Shown here in pieces: positions 1-11,557 of a DNA stretch of 64,000 nt. The notes under the pieces are model-generated. The model saw nothing but the letters and a program-made list of their open reading frames with translations. It was not told the origin of the DNA and ran no database searches. The DNA is taken from positions 1-64,000 of the forward strand of contig NIVC01003606.1 of NCBI GenBank assembly GCA_002269645.1, given 5' to 3'. A program made the position numbers and the translations under genes. Position 1 is the first letter of the stretch; each line of letters opens with the position of its first letter. Source of the DNA: Macrostomum lignano (Eukaryota).

Positions 1-441
1 ATTGTTTGTTGTCTTCCTGAACTGTTGGCAGAAGGAAACGATAATCTGGGAAAACCCATATAATTTTTCGTTTCATTATTTAATCCTAAATATTTCTTGC
101 ATATATAATATAACACTGATTTAATTTCAAAAAGAGAGATATCAAATTGGAATTATTTCTAACATTATAATATTAAAGTGGCCTATTTTAGATCAATTTG
201 ATGAAACTTATTGTTTTAATTTATTATGAAACTTAAGATTAAGTATAAAGTCAATAATACTTAAAAGGCAAATTAGCTCATAGAAGTTTGATAATCAAAA
301 GCTTTATTAAACTAGAATAAGATCTGCGAATGAGGTATAAACATGACTATTTATCATATTTATCATACGGTTATTTCAGCCAATTTTTCATTACATGACT
401 ATTCCTAATCCTAGATCTCAAATATTAGATAGAAATTGTGA

Positions 442-626
442 CAGTGGCGATCCTCGGGGGGGGCCAAGGGGGCCATGGCCCCCCTCAGCTGCCTCGAAAA
501 AAATTCTGCTCTTGGCCTTTGCCCCCTTCTAAGTAAAGAAAGGGCTTGGGCCTTGGGGTGGGTTCCTACTCGAGGCAGTATGAAAAAAGTTGGCCCCCCC
601 TCAAGAAATTCCTGGATCCGCGCCTG
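442..626. mobile_element. Possible short MITE with CAG..CTG termini
   Basis: Imperfect terminal inverted repeats CAGTGGCGATCC / GGATCCGCGCCTG around a GC-richer insert in AT-rich DNA. The flanking 8-mers match only 5/8, so a TSD is not established. Confidence 0.4.
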
Positions 627-1319
627 TTATGTGAAAAGATAATATGTGATCCAATATAACGCAGACTCACAGTTTGTCTATTAAATTCTGAATCTAATTT
701 GTTGGTAATAAGTTTCTACTAAACAAGAAAAAGTAGCTACCGTCCTTACGCATAGCACTTCAGTAAGCGGTCAGCAGATCAGATCAGCTGACTAGTTAAT
801 TCGCCGAAAAATGTTGTTTTAAACACTACAGTTTAAACATTAAAACAAAAGCCACTAAATTCCTATAGAAAAACGCCCGATAAATAGTACATATTTCATT
901 TTTAAGATTTTTAACTATTATTTTATTCTAAAACAAGAACATAAGCGAATTTACTAGAAAAAAGGTTTTCTTTCTTTTTATTATCGCGCAGTTTTTTATA
1001 GTGCGAGCACAGTAGCGCTTTTCTTAAGTAAATTTGACTTAAGTTGCTTTTGATAATTTGCTGGCGACGTGTTATTATTAGCGCTTTACAAAAACATTTA
1101 TTTATATTTCCGAAATCGTTTTACATTTCCGTTTACAGCTTAGAAAACTATACATGTTGAGCAATTTTGAGCAATTCAGTTGCGGCTCGGCTCTCGATTA
1201 CTACGAGTAATTTACAAGTTTATTTTTTTAAAGCTTCTGCTTAAGTAAGGAGCTGCGACGGCGGTCCAAAGACGTGCAACGGTACAATTGTTCATCAATT
1301 TTCATTTTTTCGTCTAAAA

Positions 1320-1365
1320 ATATGCCTGAAGATGCTCTGCGGGGAGCGAAAAGAGTCGTTTAATT
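1320..1365 (+). ncRNA. Degenerate minimal hammerhead-like motif (Penelope-type relic)
   Basis: CTGAAGA-T-GCTC(tgcggg)GAGC-GAAA-AGA-GTC matches the core order CUGANGA / stem II / GAAA / GUC. Stems I and III pair poorly. Confidence 0.3.
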
Positions 1366-2930
1366 TACTATAACATATGTGGGGTAATTTGATAATAATG
1401 TGTATTCTTTTAGTTATCGCTAAGCTAACAACTCTGTGAAACTATATGTACTTTATCGTTTATTGCTTGCAAAAATGTTATATTGTCCAGTGGCCGTTTC
1501 AAACATTGTCTTACTGACAACAATTATCTTAATAGCTCGCACAAATTGATTCCAAAGTTAAAACCTGGATGTATGATTTCCCTTACAGTACATTACAAAT
1601 AAATTTAAGAGTTTTATTGAAAGCTGAATATTATTTGCCGATACATACACTCAGAAACAGTCAAAAGTTCCACATGTACAAATCAAGTGAAGTTAGAGAG
1701 AAAACTTCTCATTTAAAATGCATGGTACGAGCGTAAAATGTGCATAAAAATTTCTTTGCTTGGTTGGGTGGAATATTTGACTGTTGTTGGGTGTATATAA
1801 ATCTAATCTTTTCAATGCTCTAACTATGCGCACACATGCTCTAACTACTAACTAAATAAGTAATAAGGCGCCTCAGCCATTGAACAGGTACTTACGCCAC
1901 TAGGAATGAATTAGGATGGCCATGTTGGGAGTGTACTAATGTACACTAGGTTTCTAAGCTAGGCTAAAGAGGACTGTGTGGCCATCAAGCCGAGCAGGCG
2001 ACACAGTCGGGCTGAGGGCGGGCCCTACCCCTAACGTCGGGGCGTCGCACCTACTCCAAACTCAAATCAAAACCTCCCCGGGGCTAGAGGGGGTTGAGTG
2101 AACCAATCAGGAAGTGAGTGAACCACACACATGCTCAAACACACTGTATAATATAATACAGTTACCGTGTACTTCCGAACAATATACTATAATATGTATT
2201 ATGTACAGTTAAAGCAAAATAAATATTTTTTGTTAAACTACCAGTAGTATGCGCTGCGCATGCACAACGCAGAGGCGGCAATTTGAGTACAGATGAGAAG
2301 CAATTAGATCCAGCGTGTTGAATTGTATTTCCGACTTTGAATGGCACATTCCGACTAATAATAAAAACATTATATTGTTCTAACACAGGTACACTGATAT
2401 CAATAGTTCAATATATTGGATTGAAACAAAATACGTTGATGGCAATAAAGCACTCAGAGGCAGATCTCATCTATAGTCTGCAGTCCAGTACAGGTAAGCA
2501 GTTAACAGCGCTGGTACAGGCAACATGTTACATGCAAATGTGGCAGCAATGGAATGCGCATTAAGGGTTCCGGATGGGGATTAAAGCGATATGTTTTGCA
2601 CAAATGTCTGCACGCTTACAGAAGCAACAGTGCATGGCGAACATGTACCAAGGTGGCTCTCCGGCTCAGGATCAGTCGATATAAAAACAGCTTCAACACT
2701 AGCTACATGTATAAACTGTTGGGGACAATAGAAACACTACAGGGAAGAAAAACAAAACTCAAAATTAGAAAAGAAAAATTGCAAAAATGCAAAGCTTTGG
2801 AGTTTTGCTGCTAAGTATAGAAAGTATTTGATTTAAGCACTGGTCTCTTGTGCGAATTCCGTCAAAACCGATATTATTTTCAATCTGCAGTTCTACAATC
2901 TATGGAGTGCAGTAGTTGATAAGGGGCTTT

Positions 2931-3395
2931 CATTTACAATCTGTCAGTGTGCGGTGGGGGAAGGGGTGGGTGCTGTTTACAATCTGCCAGTGTGCAGTGG
3001 GAAGGGTGGGTGTTGTTTACAATCTGCCAGTGTGCGGTGGGGGGGGGTGGGTGTTTTTACAATCTGCCAGTGTGCGGTGGGGAAGGGTGGGTGTTTTTTA
3101 CAATCTGCCAGTGTGCGGTGGGGAAAGGGTGGATGTTGTTTACAATCTGCCAGTGTGCGGTGCGGGAAGGGGTGGGTGTTTTTTACAATCTGCCAGTGTG
3201 CGGTGGGGGAAGGGGTGGGTGTTGTTTACAATCTGTGGGAGAAGGGTTTGGTGTTGTGTACAATCTGCCAGTGTGCAGTGGGGGAAGGGTGGGTGTTGTT
3301 TACAATCTGCCAGTGTGCGGTGGGGAAGGGGTGGTGCTGTTTACAATCTGCCATTGTGCAGTGGAGGAAGAGGTGGGTGTTATTTACAATCTGCT
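2931..3395. repeat. Minisatellite, ~41-bp unit (TTTACAATCTGCCAGTGTGCGGTGGGGAAGGGTGGGTGTTG)
   Basis: Directly visible tandem array; it explains ORFs 2916-3455. Confidence 0.95.
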
Positions 3396-3772
3396 AATAT
3401 AGAGTGGTGGATAATTTCTTTAGATTTCATTAGCTTCCGATATTCAAATAAATAAACGCAAAGGTTGTTCTAATTACTAACAGTAGTTTGTCTTAGACTC
3501 GGCATCGATCACGCACATGAGACGTAGCTGCTAAAAAAAGGAATGTAGGCATTACTGAACTAAGCTGCCTCACTTCACTATTCGTGTATTGCTTCTACCC
3601 CAGGTATGAATAATTCGCAGGAAGTGTGCAGTCTCTGAAAGCTGGTCAATGGAATGTGTTAGCAAATTGAGAATAGTCTACAATTAAAAAGCCTAACTAA
3701 AATGTGACGAACGAACGAACAACCGGAAACACGGCAAGCTCCACCAATCTGGGCTGTCTTCTGGCGTTGTCG

Positions 3773-3863
3773 CTATCCGTCGCAGATTTTTTTCAGATTG
3801 GCAAACTGGTACACCAGCCGCTGACCGTCCACCTTGTTGAGAATGCCTCTGGCATAATAGTAC
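3773..3863 (-). CDS. E74/ELF-like: ETS transcription factor, E74/ELF1-2-4 type, last coding exon
   Basis: Acceptor ttgcag|G, then YYYARGILNKVDGQRLVYQFANLKKICDG*. This completes the ETS domain in phase with the donor at 4675. Confidence 0.92.
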
Positions 3864-4200
3864 CTGCAATGAGGAAGTGTTCTGCGTTTCAATTTTATTC
3901 AACTCGTCAGCCAATAATATGAATAGCATTGACTGGGTTAAATGCCAATTAATGTCCTGTTTTGGATTGAGAAAAGAGAGTCAAAAGTGACTAAAATCGT
4001 CGTGTATTTCGACAGTTCAGATTGCTCTAAAAAAGCCTTTTTGGCACCGAGTACAGCACTACTGCAGGTGCTGCAGGCACCTCTTTACCCCCAAGGACCA
4101 GCGCACACTCGGTGCTTCTACGACTGCCTGACGACTCCCAGAATTGAACAGCCAGAAACTGTTAATCCAATGCTACGAGTATTTGGGTTTCAATTACAAC

Positions 4201-4658
4201 CACGGATACTAGAATAATTAGGATGGGCCACTCAGCACATTTGCTTTTAAGCTACTTTCAGTTCAGTAGTAAGTTAAACAGAAGCATTAAATGTATTTTT
4301 AAAGCCGAGGCTTATTTATTGAATATTACTCCCCCCAGCAAGATTAAACCTTCAAACTCTCCACAGAACCTCTACCAATCCCATCCACCAATTTTTATTA
4401 CATTCCTCGGTTGTTCCAGCCTAAATCTGCCATGTACATTTCAGTGGCGCTGGCTAATGTACATTATGGCTGAACCAATTAGCAAGCTGTTTACACCTCG
4501 CCTGCAAGCTTGGGGTTCTAAACTTATCGAAGTCATTTCAGCTACCTTTATTCTTATAAAATAGCTTACGTATTCTTCTTTGCTACTGAACTGAAAGTAG
4601 AAAGCTGTTTTACTAAGTATATGCCTGAGTGGCCCATCCAGTTATTCTGGTGTCTGTG
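4201..4658. mobile_element. MITE with CAC..GTG termini and 8-bp TSD (copy 1)
   Basis: TIRs CACGGATACTAGAATAATTAGGATGGGCCACTCAG / CTGAGTGGCCCATCCAGTTATTCTGGTGTCTGTG. Flanks ATTACAAC / ATGACAAC match 7/8. A second copy lies at 19889-20350 in opposite orientation. Confidence 0.8.
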
Positions 4659-4675
4659 ATGACAACAGCACTGAC

Positions 4676-5372
4676 CTCAGCGCCCGGCCCATGGTCTCGT
4701 AGGTCATGTCTGGCTTGTTCTTCAGCATGCCCCACAGCCGGGAGACGGCTCGGCTGTCCACCAGCTTGAACACGCCCCTGTCCCGGTCCAGCCAGCGGAT
4801 GAATCGAGGCGAATAGCGCGGATTCTGCAGCAGGTCCAGCAGAAACTCCCACAGGTAGGTCTGGCCGCCGCCTCCGCCGCAGCCGCCACCACCGCTGCCG
4901 TTGCTGCCGTCCCGCCGGCGACGAGTGCACTGGATGAGCTGCAAGTCCTCTGGTAGGAACTCCAGACACGACTGCCGCTGCTGCTGCGCCGGCTGCTGCG
5001 ATTGTCGAGCCGCCGTTGAGGCCGACGCCAAGGACGCTGAGTCGGTCGTGGCGCCGAGAATTTCGATTCGATCGCAGTTCAACGGTCGGTGAGCAGTTTT
5101 GATGCGCGTGTGGGTGTGCCGCCTTTGCTGCGCCTGCGGCTGCCGCTGCTGCTGCGGCTCTGAGCTGTCGGAATTCCGCTGCTGCTGCTGGTGAAGTCCC
5201 TTCAGTGCCAGCTGCATTGGCGGGTCGGTGACCTCGTCCAGGAGGCCGTAGCAGGCGGGCTGATCGGGCAGAGCTGTCGAGGCGGGGACTGCAAACTGCG
5301 GCTGCTGCTGGGCCGGCCACGAGGCGGCGCCTGTAGAGCTGGTGACGCCAGCTTTCTGGGTGCCGCTTTGAT
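4676..5372 (-). CDS. E74/ELF-like: ETS transcription factor, exon with most of the ETS domain
   Basis: Encodes [61 protein letters not shown], which closely matches the ELF1/E74 ETS domain. Acceptor cgcag|AT; donor AG|gtcagt. Confidence 0.92.
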
Positions 5373-6118
5373 CTGCGATTTCAATGGATTTTACACAACA
5401 AAGTTTACTACTGACAGTAGCATGGAAATATCAGGATGGAGCAGTCTTGCTTTTTTAGTTAATTTATAAGGCTTAGCTTTATGAGTAGTCATTTGCTTGA
5501 CGGATTCTATCGCAAATGCATGCCTTGCGATTTCAATTTCATTTCAATTGTTGCGGTAATTTCAGAGAAAATTACTGTAACACAATGTTCTTTCAAAAGT
5601 TGGAGCTGTACTCTGTGCTCAAAATTGTTCCAGTCTTCGCTGAGAGATCTGAATATAATAGCTATAACCGAGTTGATGTGTAAGCAAGCCACTTAATTTA
5701 CAACCAGCTGCAATTCAAAAACGGGTTACGAGTATTGCCCCGAAGCTGCACAGCCTCAGCTTGAGGGGGCAGTGCACAAGCGCTCGAGACAATGCCACAA
5801 TACCAACATCATCTTTCGATTTCTTTCTTTCATTCATCACTTCTATTCCACGGCGGGCGGGTATTACATGAGAAAGCGAGGCCACTTGTGCACAGCTCGA
5901 TAGTTTTGGCTATGCTATGAAAAATAACCCGCTGAAGGCTCTCTTGACGTTGTGAAACTGGACAAAAGGAATTTCGGGGTGATGGTAGCTAGCTTAGGGG
6001 GGGGGGGTAGGCTTAGGCAGGCTCAGACAGGCTGGGTTTCTCGCTCCTACTCTCGTCTCTCCTCTCTCACCCCTGGTAGTTGCTTTGAGACGAAGCCGTC
6101 TAAACAGGCTTTCTTGAC

Positions 6119-6503
6119 CAGATCCGAACTGGTTGCTTCCACTGTTCAGCTGCGACCGCGAGCAGCCGTGCTCCAGGGACTGCTTGATGCGCAGCACTTC
6201 GTAGTCTATGGCCTCGTCCAGATCGTCCCCCTCCACAATGCTGCCCAGGCTACTTGTCTCCGCTGCATCGCTGCAGGCCACTGTCGAAGCTGCCGTCGGG
6301 ATGGCCGATGCTGAGGCGGTTTCAGCCGATGCCGATGTACCGACCGTCTGGGAGAAGTCAGGAGAGCCGGCCGTGGGGCTGCGAAGCCAGTCATCCAGGG
6401 CCTGGTTGACGTCCTCGATCATCAGGGCGTCCGACTGACGGGGTGGGGTTCGATGGACGGATTTGAAAGTCAGTTTACCTTCGGCATAGTGGACATTTGG
6501 GCA
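6119..6503 (-). CDS. E74/ELF-like: ETS transcription factor, internal exon (acidic/Ser-rich)
   Basis: Open frame CPNVHYAEG...NQFGS between ctcacag| and G|gtcaag. Phases (0 in, 1 out) fit both neighbouring exons. Confidence 0.7.
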
Positions 6504-6675
6504 CTGTGAGTGCCACACACGAGTGCGGCAGCCCCGGCTTTCCTACTCATCAGGCATATATACGTTGAACACTAACTGTGCCTGGGAACAAAGAAACGAA
6601 AAGACAAATGTCTCAAAGCCCCTAACAAGGACGCAATTCATGGCCTGACTCTGTACTCTATTAATAGTGGCTCAC

Positions 6676-6879
6676 ATTCTCAATATCGTCCAAGAAGCTT
6701 TCCGTGGAGCTATTCAACAATGAGACGGACACAACGCAGCCGCCGCCGCTGCCGTCACCGCCGCCGCTGCCGACGCTTCCTGGCAGCAGATCCCAGACGT
6801 CATCGTCGCACGAGCCGGCGGACAACAGGTCGGCACCATTGCAGCTGCCTCGCATCGCCAATGAAGCCCTTGCCGCTGT
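6676..6879 (-). CDS. E74/ELF-like: ETS transcription factor, 5'-most exon identified (possible ATG at 6855)
   Basis: Open frame MRGSCNG...LDDIEN ending at AAT|gtgagc (phase 0). Acceptor accacag| at 6880. The true start is uncertain. Confidence 0.55.
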
Positions 6880-7223
6880 CTGTGGTGAAAGAGGATATCA
6901 GCGGCTAAACCTGTCTGTTAATGAATTCTCTGTATGCGCCAAACAGCGATAGAAAACTGGAAATCGGAGTCTCGACTATTTCTGCAGCATTCAGTCTGCC
7001 GTATAGGTTTCAGGTTTCAAGATTTCCGTCTCAAGATAATGAAATTATAGAATTGAAGTTAGCTGCCGCCGCTCGCTTGTGTTGTTGTTTATAGTTGACT
7101 TGTTTTGCCGACTCTGGATTGGCGGGTGTCTGCGGTCAGGGGGGGGGGGGGTTGACTCTACCTAATGCCTTGTTGAGCCTAGTTCGTCTCTTGTTTCCTA
7201 AACAAAAACTGCCCAGATAAACA

Positions 7224-7323
<100 letters not shown>

Positions 7324-8555
7324 AACAGCGAACGTGGGCGTCTCCAGTGAGCATAGAAATGTCTTTTTATGGCACTGACTAAGCTGTTGGTCGTTCGTAC
7401 ACACTTATGGCCCTGAACTAGCTAGCTAATCGTATGTCTGCCTAAATATAGCACAGTACCAAAGTCCTGCCTCAGGCAAGAGAGCTTTTCTACCCAACCC
7501 AGCCAGGCATGGGAAATTGACTCCCCCGCTGCAGTCTCTCTCTCTACCCTTGTGCTTCGGGGGTTGACGAGTGAGCAAGCAGTTTGGCCTCTGAGTGCAG
7601 ATAGGCATTGCTGTGTACCACTGTACGCAGCACCCACCCACCCCTCGGCAACCCAAGAGCTGAAGGCGCTTCTTCTCAGTAGCCAAACCAATAATTCGCC
7701 ACTGAGAGCTTTTGGGGGTGGGGCAATGGCTTGAAGGGTGCCGCCTTGCTCTCCGTGGGAGGTAGGTGAGTCACCCTGCTCTCCCCCCGTGTAAACCGTA
7801 TGGTCGTAGCAAATGAAGCGAAAACGCAGCAAGAAAGAGCTTTTAAAAGAGGTGACAAGCAGAGCATGTTTCAATTTGTTTTGTTTCCTGCCAATGAGTA
7901 TGTAGTAGACCATGCGACCCTTGTTCTATAGCTGTTGCTTGCAATCAACCTCCCTATCCCTCACTATCACCAACTCTGCCACAAACTGCGCCATTTTTTT
8001 TCCTCTGTTCGAGAGAAAATCGCGAAAAGGAGAGTAGAGAGAAAAAATAAAAATACGAATCGAGACTACACAGAGATAAAGCAGAGCAGCAGGGCGCGCA
8101 CCTCCAGTGCTGCGTGCGTTGCTGTTGGTGAAAAACTACGATAGAAAACACACTTATGGCAGAGATTGCCCGGTGTGTCCGCGTCCGTGGGAATAGAAAT
8201 AGCAGTGTAGGCACTGGACAACAGTTTGTGTGTATAAATTTGCGCATTTTAATTGTAATTTTTGGTGCCTGCAAGCGTTCAACAATTGAAACTGCTGAAT
8301 GAATGCCTGTGACTCATCGGGTCAAATCATGCAGAGAATAATGCTGCCAAAGTCAAGCCCTACAGCCACTGTTAAACTGTTACAGTTTACTTTTATTCGG
8401 CTGCTACCCTGAATTAGGTCCTTCTCTGAGACGGTTGCTACCCCAAAGGCTTGTGCAATTCTTGCTCATAAGAGCCAACCCTTCAATTCAAAAAGTTTGT
8501 ACACGGCGAGAACGTCAAGGCTGATGTACAGCCTGCGGGAGTGTGTGCCTGCATA

Positions 8556-8850
8556 GGGGAGCCGTAGCCCAGCGGTCTAGCGCAGGCTCTGATGTGCCAG
8601 CGGCCCAGGCTCGATTCCCAGTGCAGTCACATTAATTTCGGGCTAAACTGGAATCTCGGCTTGGCTCTGCTCGTGCAATTAACGCCTTTGAGGGCCAAAC
8701 CCCCAAGGCACGGTGAAGTGTACATGCCTAACGATAAATAAAGTCAGGGCTGTACACTCCTGTGTGAGAGTGTGTGCCTGTGCATTGAATGAGTACGTAT
8801 CTGCGCGCTAGTGTGCCTGCTCATGGGAGTCGGCGGCGGAATGGAATGGA
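8556..8850 (+). mobile_element. tRNA-derived SINE, head type I (diverged, 3'-truncated)
   Basis: GGGGAGCCGTAGCCCAGCGG (A box) ... GGCTCGATTCC (B box), followed by the core shared with the copies at 20.9, 46.9 and 51.0 kb. Confidence 0.8.
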
Positions 8851-10185
8851 TGAAGCAGGATGCAGGAATAGAATGGATTGCTAATCTAGCCTACATCATG
8901 CCTCTAACTAAAAAATTGTGTCTGTCTGCTTACGTATCCGTGACAGCAAGACAAACTAATTGTCTGTATTTAGCTACAAGGCTACAAACTTGAAAAATGA
9001 CAAAATTACAAATAGAGCTCTGTGCAGCAAGCACTCACCTGTCTCTGTACGTCAAACAAGTGCAGCAGTGTCCCTACAGCAGTCTGTAGATTATAGCGAT
9101 CGAACCAATTTTAAACCAGTCCGTGCATTCACTAAAATGTTAAACCGCGCTTATATGTTGTGTTGCTTTTTAAGAGTCCACCGCTTGCTTGCCGCCCCCT
9201 TGCCACTTTGATTGGCTGCTGTTGGTTGGTGGGACCGAGGCTCTCAGGCTTGGCCAGTGAGGGAGGCTAGCAACTGTTTTACTGAGCCACAAAGGAGGCT
9301 CTTGCAGGCTTCGCTTTTAGTAATATTATTATTAGTAATTTTATTGCGGTAAGAATGGGGGGTCTGTTATGGCTTTATTGGCGAACCCGAAGTCAGGAGT
9401 CGGCAAGGGGAGCTGTCAGAACCCGAGGGGAAATACATTCATTCACTGTGCTTCATTCCCGTTCATTCAAGCAGTTCTCAGGTCAAGCGCCGAGAACAGA
9501 AGGGGCAGGGGTGAAGGGAGAGACCGCACAGCAGGCAATGACTTATATTTTATGTGGCCGGTCCCTGTGCACACGCGGTACACACGGGAGGAACTGGGGC
9601 GGTCCAGGCCAGGGGAGGATAGAGCTATGGGGAGAGGTAGTTCTCTGTAGTCTACTGTGCTGGCGTGGCTTAGGAAAGGCGGGCGGCTGACTCACCTATG
9701 GGATGGGCTTTGACTATGCAGGAAGCAAACGGGGGAAGGCAGCTTGCTGCTAAAAATAGTAACAAAAATCTTCCCCAGGCGAGGCCGGACTAATCCCCCA
9801 GGTGCAAAGAGGAAGAGGGAATCGGGAAGTTGTGGTGTAGGTAGGAATTGATGTGTAGACACAAGGGGAAAAGGGAAAGGAGACGAGAGAGATGGGACAA
9901 TGGGATCTAAAAGCTACACACGTCGTTACAACTCGTATTGTGGACAGATAGTGCAGCCTACCTGAATCTTTTCAGTGCAGAGCTTGGGGCGGTGGCTCCG
10001 GTTACCGTAGTGTAGTGGGCGGTGGCGCTCACGCATGCTCTTAATATGCTCACTTATAACCATATGGGTCACGCCCCCCCCCAAAGCTGGCAATAATTAT
10101 ATGGCACCCTTGGTGCTGGCTAACATATGATATGATCAAATGAATGACGAGCTTTGAAGCTGCCAAACTGTAAATCCCATTGCGC

Positions 10186-10582
10186 GCATGTGTCAGTGTG
10201 TGTCAATCAATCTGCGCGAATGTGTCAGTGCGTGTCAATCAATCTGCGCGCATGTGTCAGTGCGTGTCAATCAATCTGCGCGCATGTGTCAGCGCGTGTC
10301 AATCAATCTGCGCGCATGTGTCAGCGCGTGTCAATCAATCTGCGCGCATGTGTCAGCGCGTGTCAATCAATCTGCGCGCATGTGTCAGCGCGTGTCAATC
10401 AATCTGCGCGCATGTGTCAGCGCGTGTCAATCAATCTGCGCGCATGTGTCAGCGCGTGTCAATCAATCTGCGCGCATGTGTCAGTGTGTGTCAATCAATC
10501 TGCGCGCATGTGTCAGCGCGTGTCAATCAATCTGCGCGCATGTGTCAGTGCGTGTCAATCAATCTGCGCGCATGTGTCAGCG
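10186..10582. repeat. Minisatellite, 30-bp unit (GTGTCAATCAATCTGCGCGCATGTGTCAGC)
   Basis: Tandem array; it explains ORFs 10154-10625. Confidence 0.95.
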
Positions 10583-11126
10583 CCAAAACACTGAACATAG
10601 ATTTACATTAAAATGCCCGCTTTAAATCTGACATTTCAATTTTTCTGCATGCGGATTTTTTCATTGCAATCGAGAATAACAAGGATTTTAATTTCTTGAT
10701 GGTCTCTGACGGTACGGGTAGGAGCCTTCGCGCCTCATATTTTATTTGAAATGATAGTTTTGCGTACACACAAAGCCAAGCTGTCATGTGCTGTCATTCC
10801 ATCATTAAACTCGCTTCATAAGAATATATATTTTTTTAGTTTACAGTCAATCATGATAATGCAGATACAGGTATATTTGACACATGATTTCGCGTTTTTC
10901 TGCTCTTAAAATATTTATGTAAGGGCAAGGCGGGGGGCATTGGCAGACTTCCAATTTCCCCAGTATAGCTTGGCCAACCAGAACAAATTACTTAATCGCT
11001 GAGCGAGAAAGCAGAAGACTCAGTGAGATCGCGCGTCAATCAAATGGTGGCATTTGATTGGCATCACTGGGATATTGCTAGGAGGGATGCAAAACTCCCG
11101 TCACATTTGGCTCATGACAACAATTA

Positions 11127-11137
11127 AAAATTTAATC

Positions 11138-11172
<35 letters not shown>

Positions 11173-11200
11173 AAACAACAACAGCAACAAAAAAACAAAC

Positions 11201-11233
<33 letters not shown>

Positions 11234-11266
11234 GCACAACAACAACAACAACAATAACAACAACAA
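11127..11266. repeat. (CAA)n microsatellite, upstream flank of the ribozyme element
   Basis: Imperfect CAA run. Confidence 0.95.
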
Positions 11267-11383
11267 CCCCCCTGGGATTTACTCCCAGCCTGCTGGGTAA
11301 CCAGCAGGCCCTTTCCGGCGCCGCGTCTTTGTCGCGGGGGGGGAGGCAACGCCCGTTCTTCGGGCGGCGAAGAGCGCCGGGAA
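11266..11383 (+). ncRNA. HDV-like self-cleaving ribozyme (candidate)
   Basis: Manual fold. P1: C6 11267-72 with G-run 11336-43. J1/2: two hairpins (11273-87, 11289-308). P2: (TTCC)GGCGC 11313-21 with GCGCC(GGGAA) 11374-83. P3: GCG/CGC with L3 UCUUUGU. P1.1: C-G plus U-A. Then GCAAC, P4 CGCCCG-uucuu-CGGGCG, and GGCGAA carrying the C75-equivalent at 11368. Confidence 0.75.
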
Positions 11384-11515
11384 TCGGTCACCGCTCCTGG
11401 CTCAGGGGCGGTGAGTGTGGCTCGGTCCGGCCCTCTGTGCTCAGCCTTTGTCGCTGGCTCTGTCAGCGGTAGGGGTTTGGTACCTGGTCCGGTTATTTCG
11501 AGCTCGGTCCGCAGT
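11267..11515 (+). mobile_element. Short non-autonomous retroelement candidate: ribozyme head, structured 3' domain, (CAA)n tail
   Basis: GC-rich, hairpin-dense ~250-bp insert bounded on both sides by (CAA)n. No ORF beyond repeat-derived frames. Confidence 0.55.
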
Positions 11516-11516
11516 C

Positions 11517-11557
<41 letters not shown>

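Noticed and set aside
6535-6560. Hammerhead core CTGATGA..GAAA on the minus strand (also plus strand at 15404)
   Set aside because: There is no pairable stem II or stem I; chance matches near or within gene sequence.
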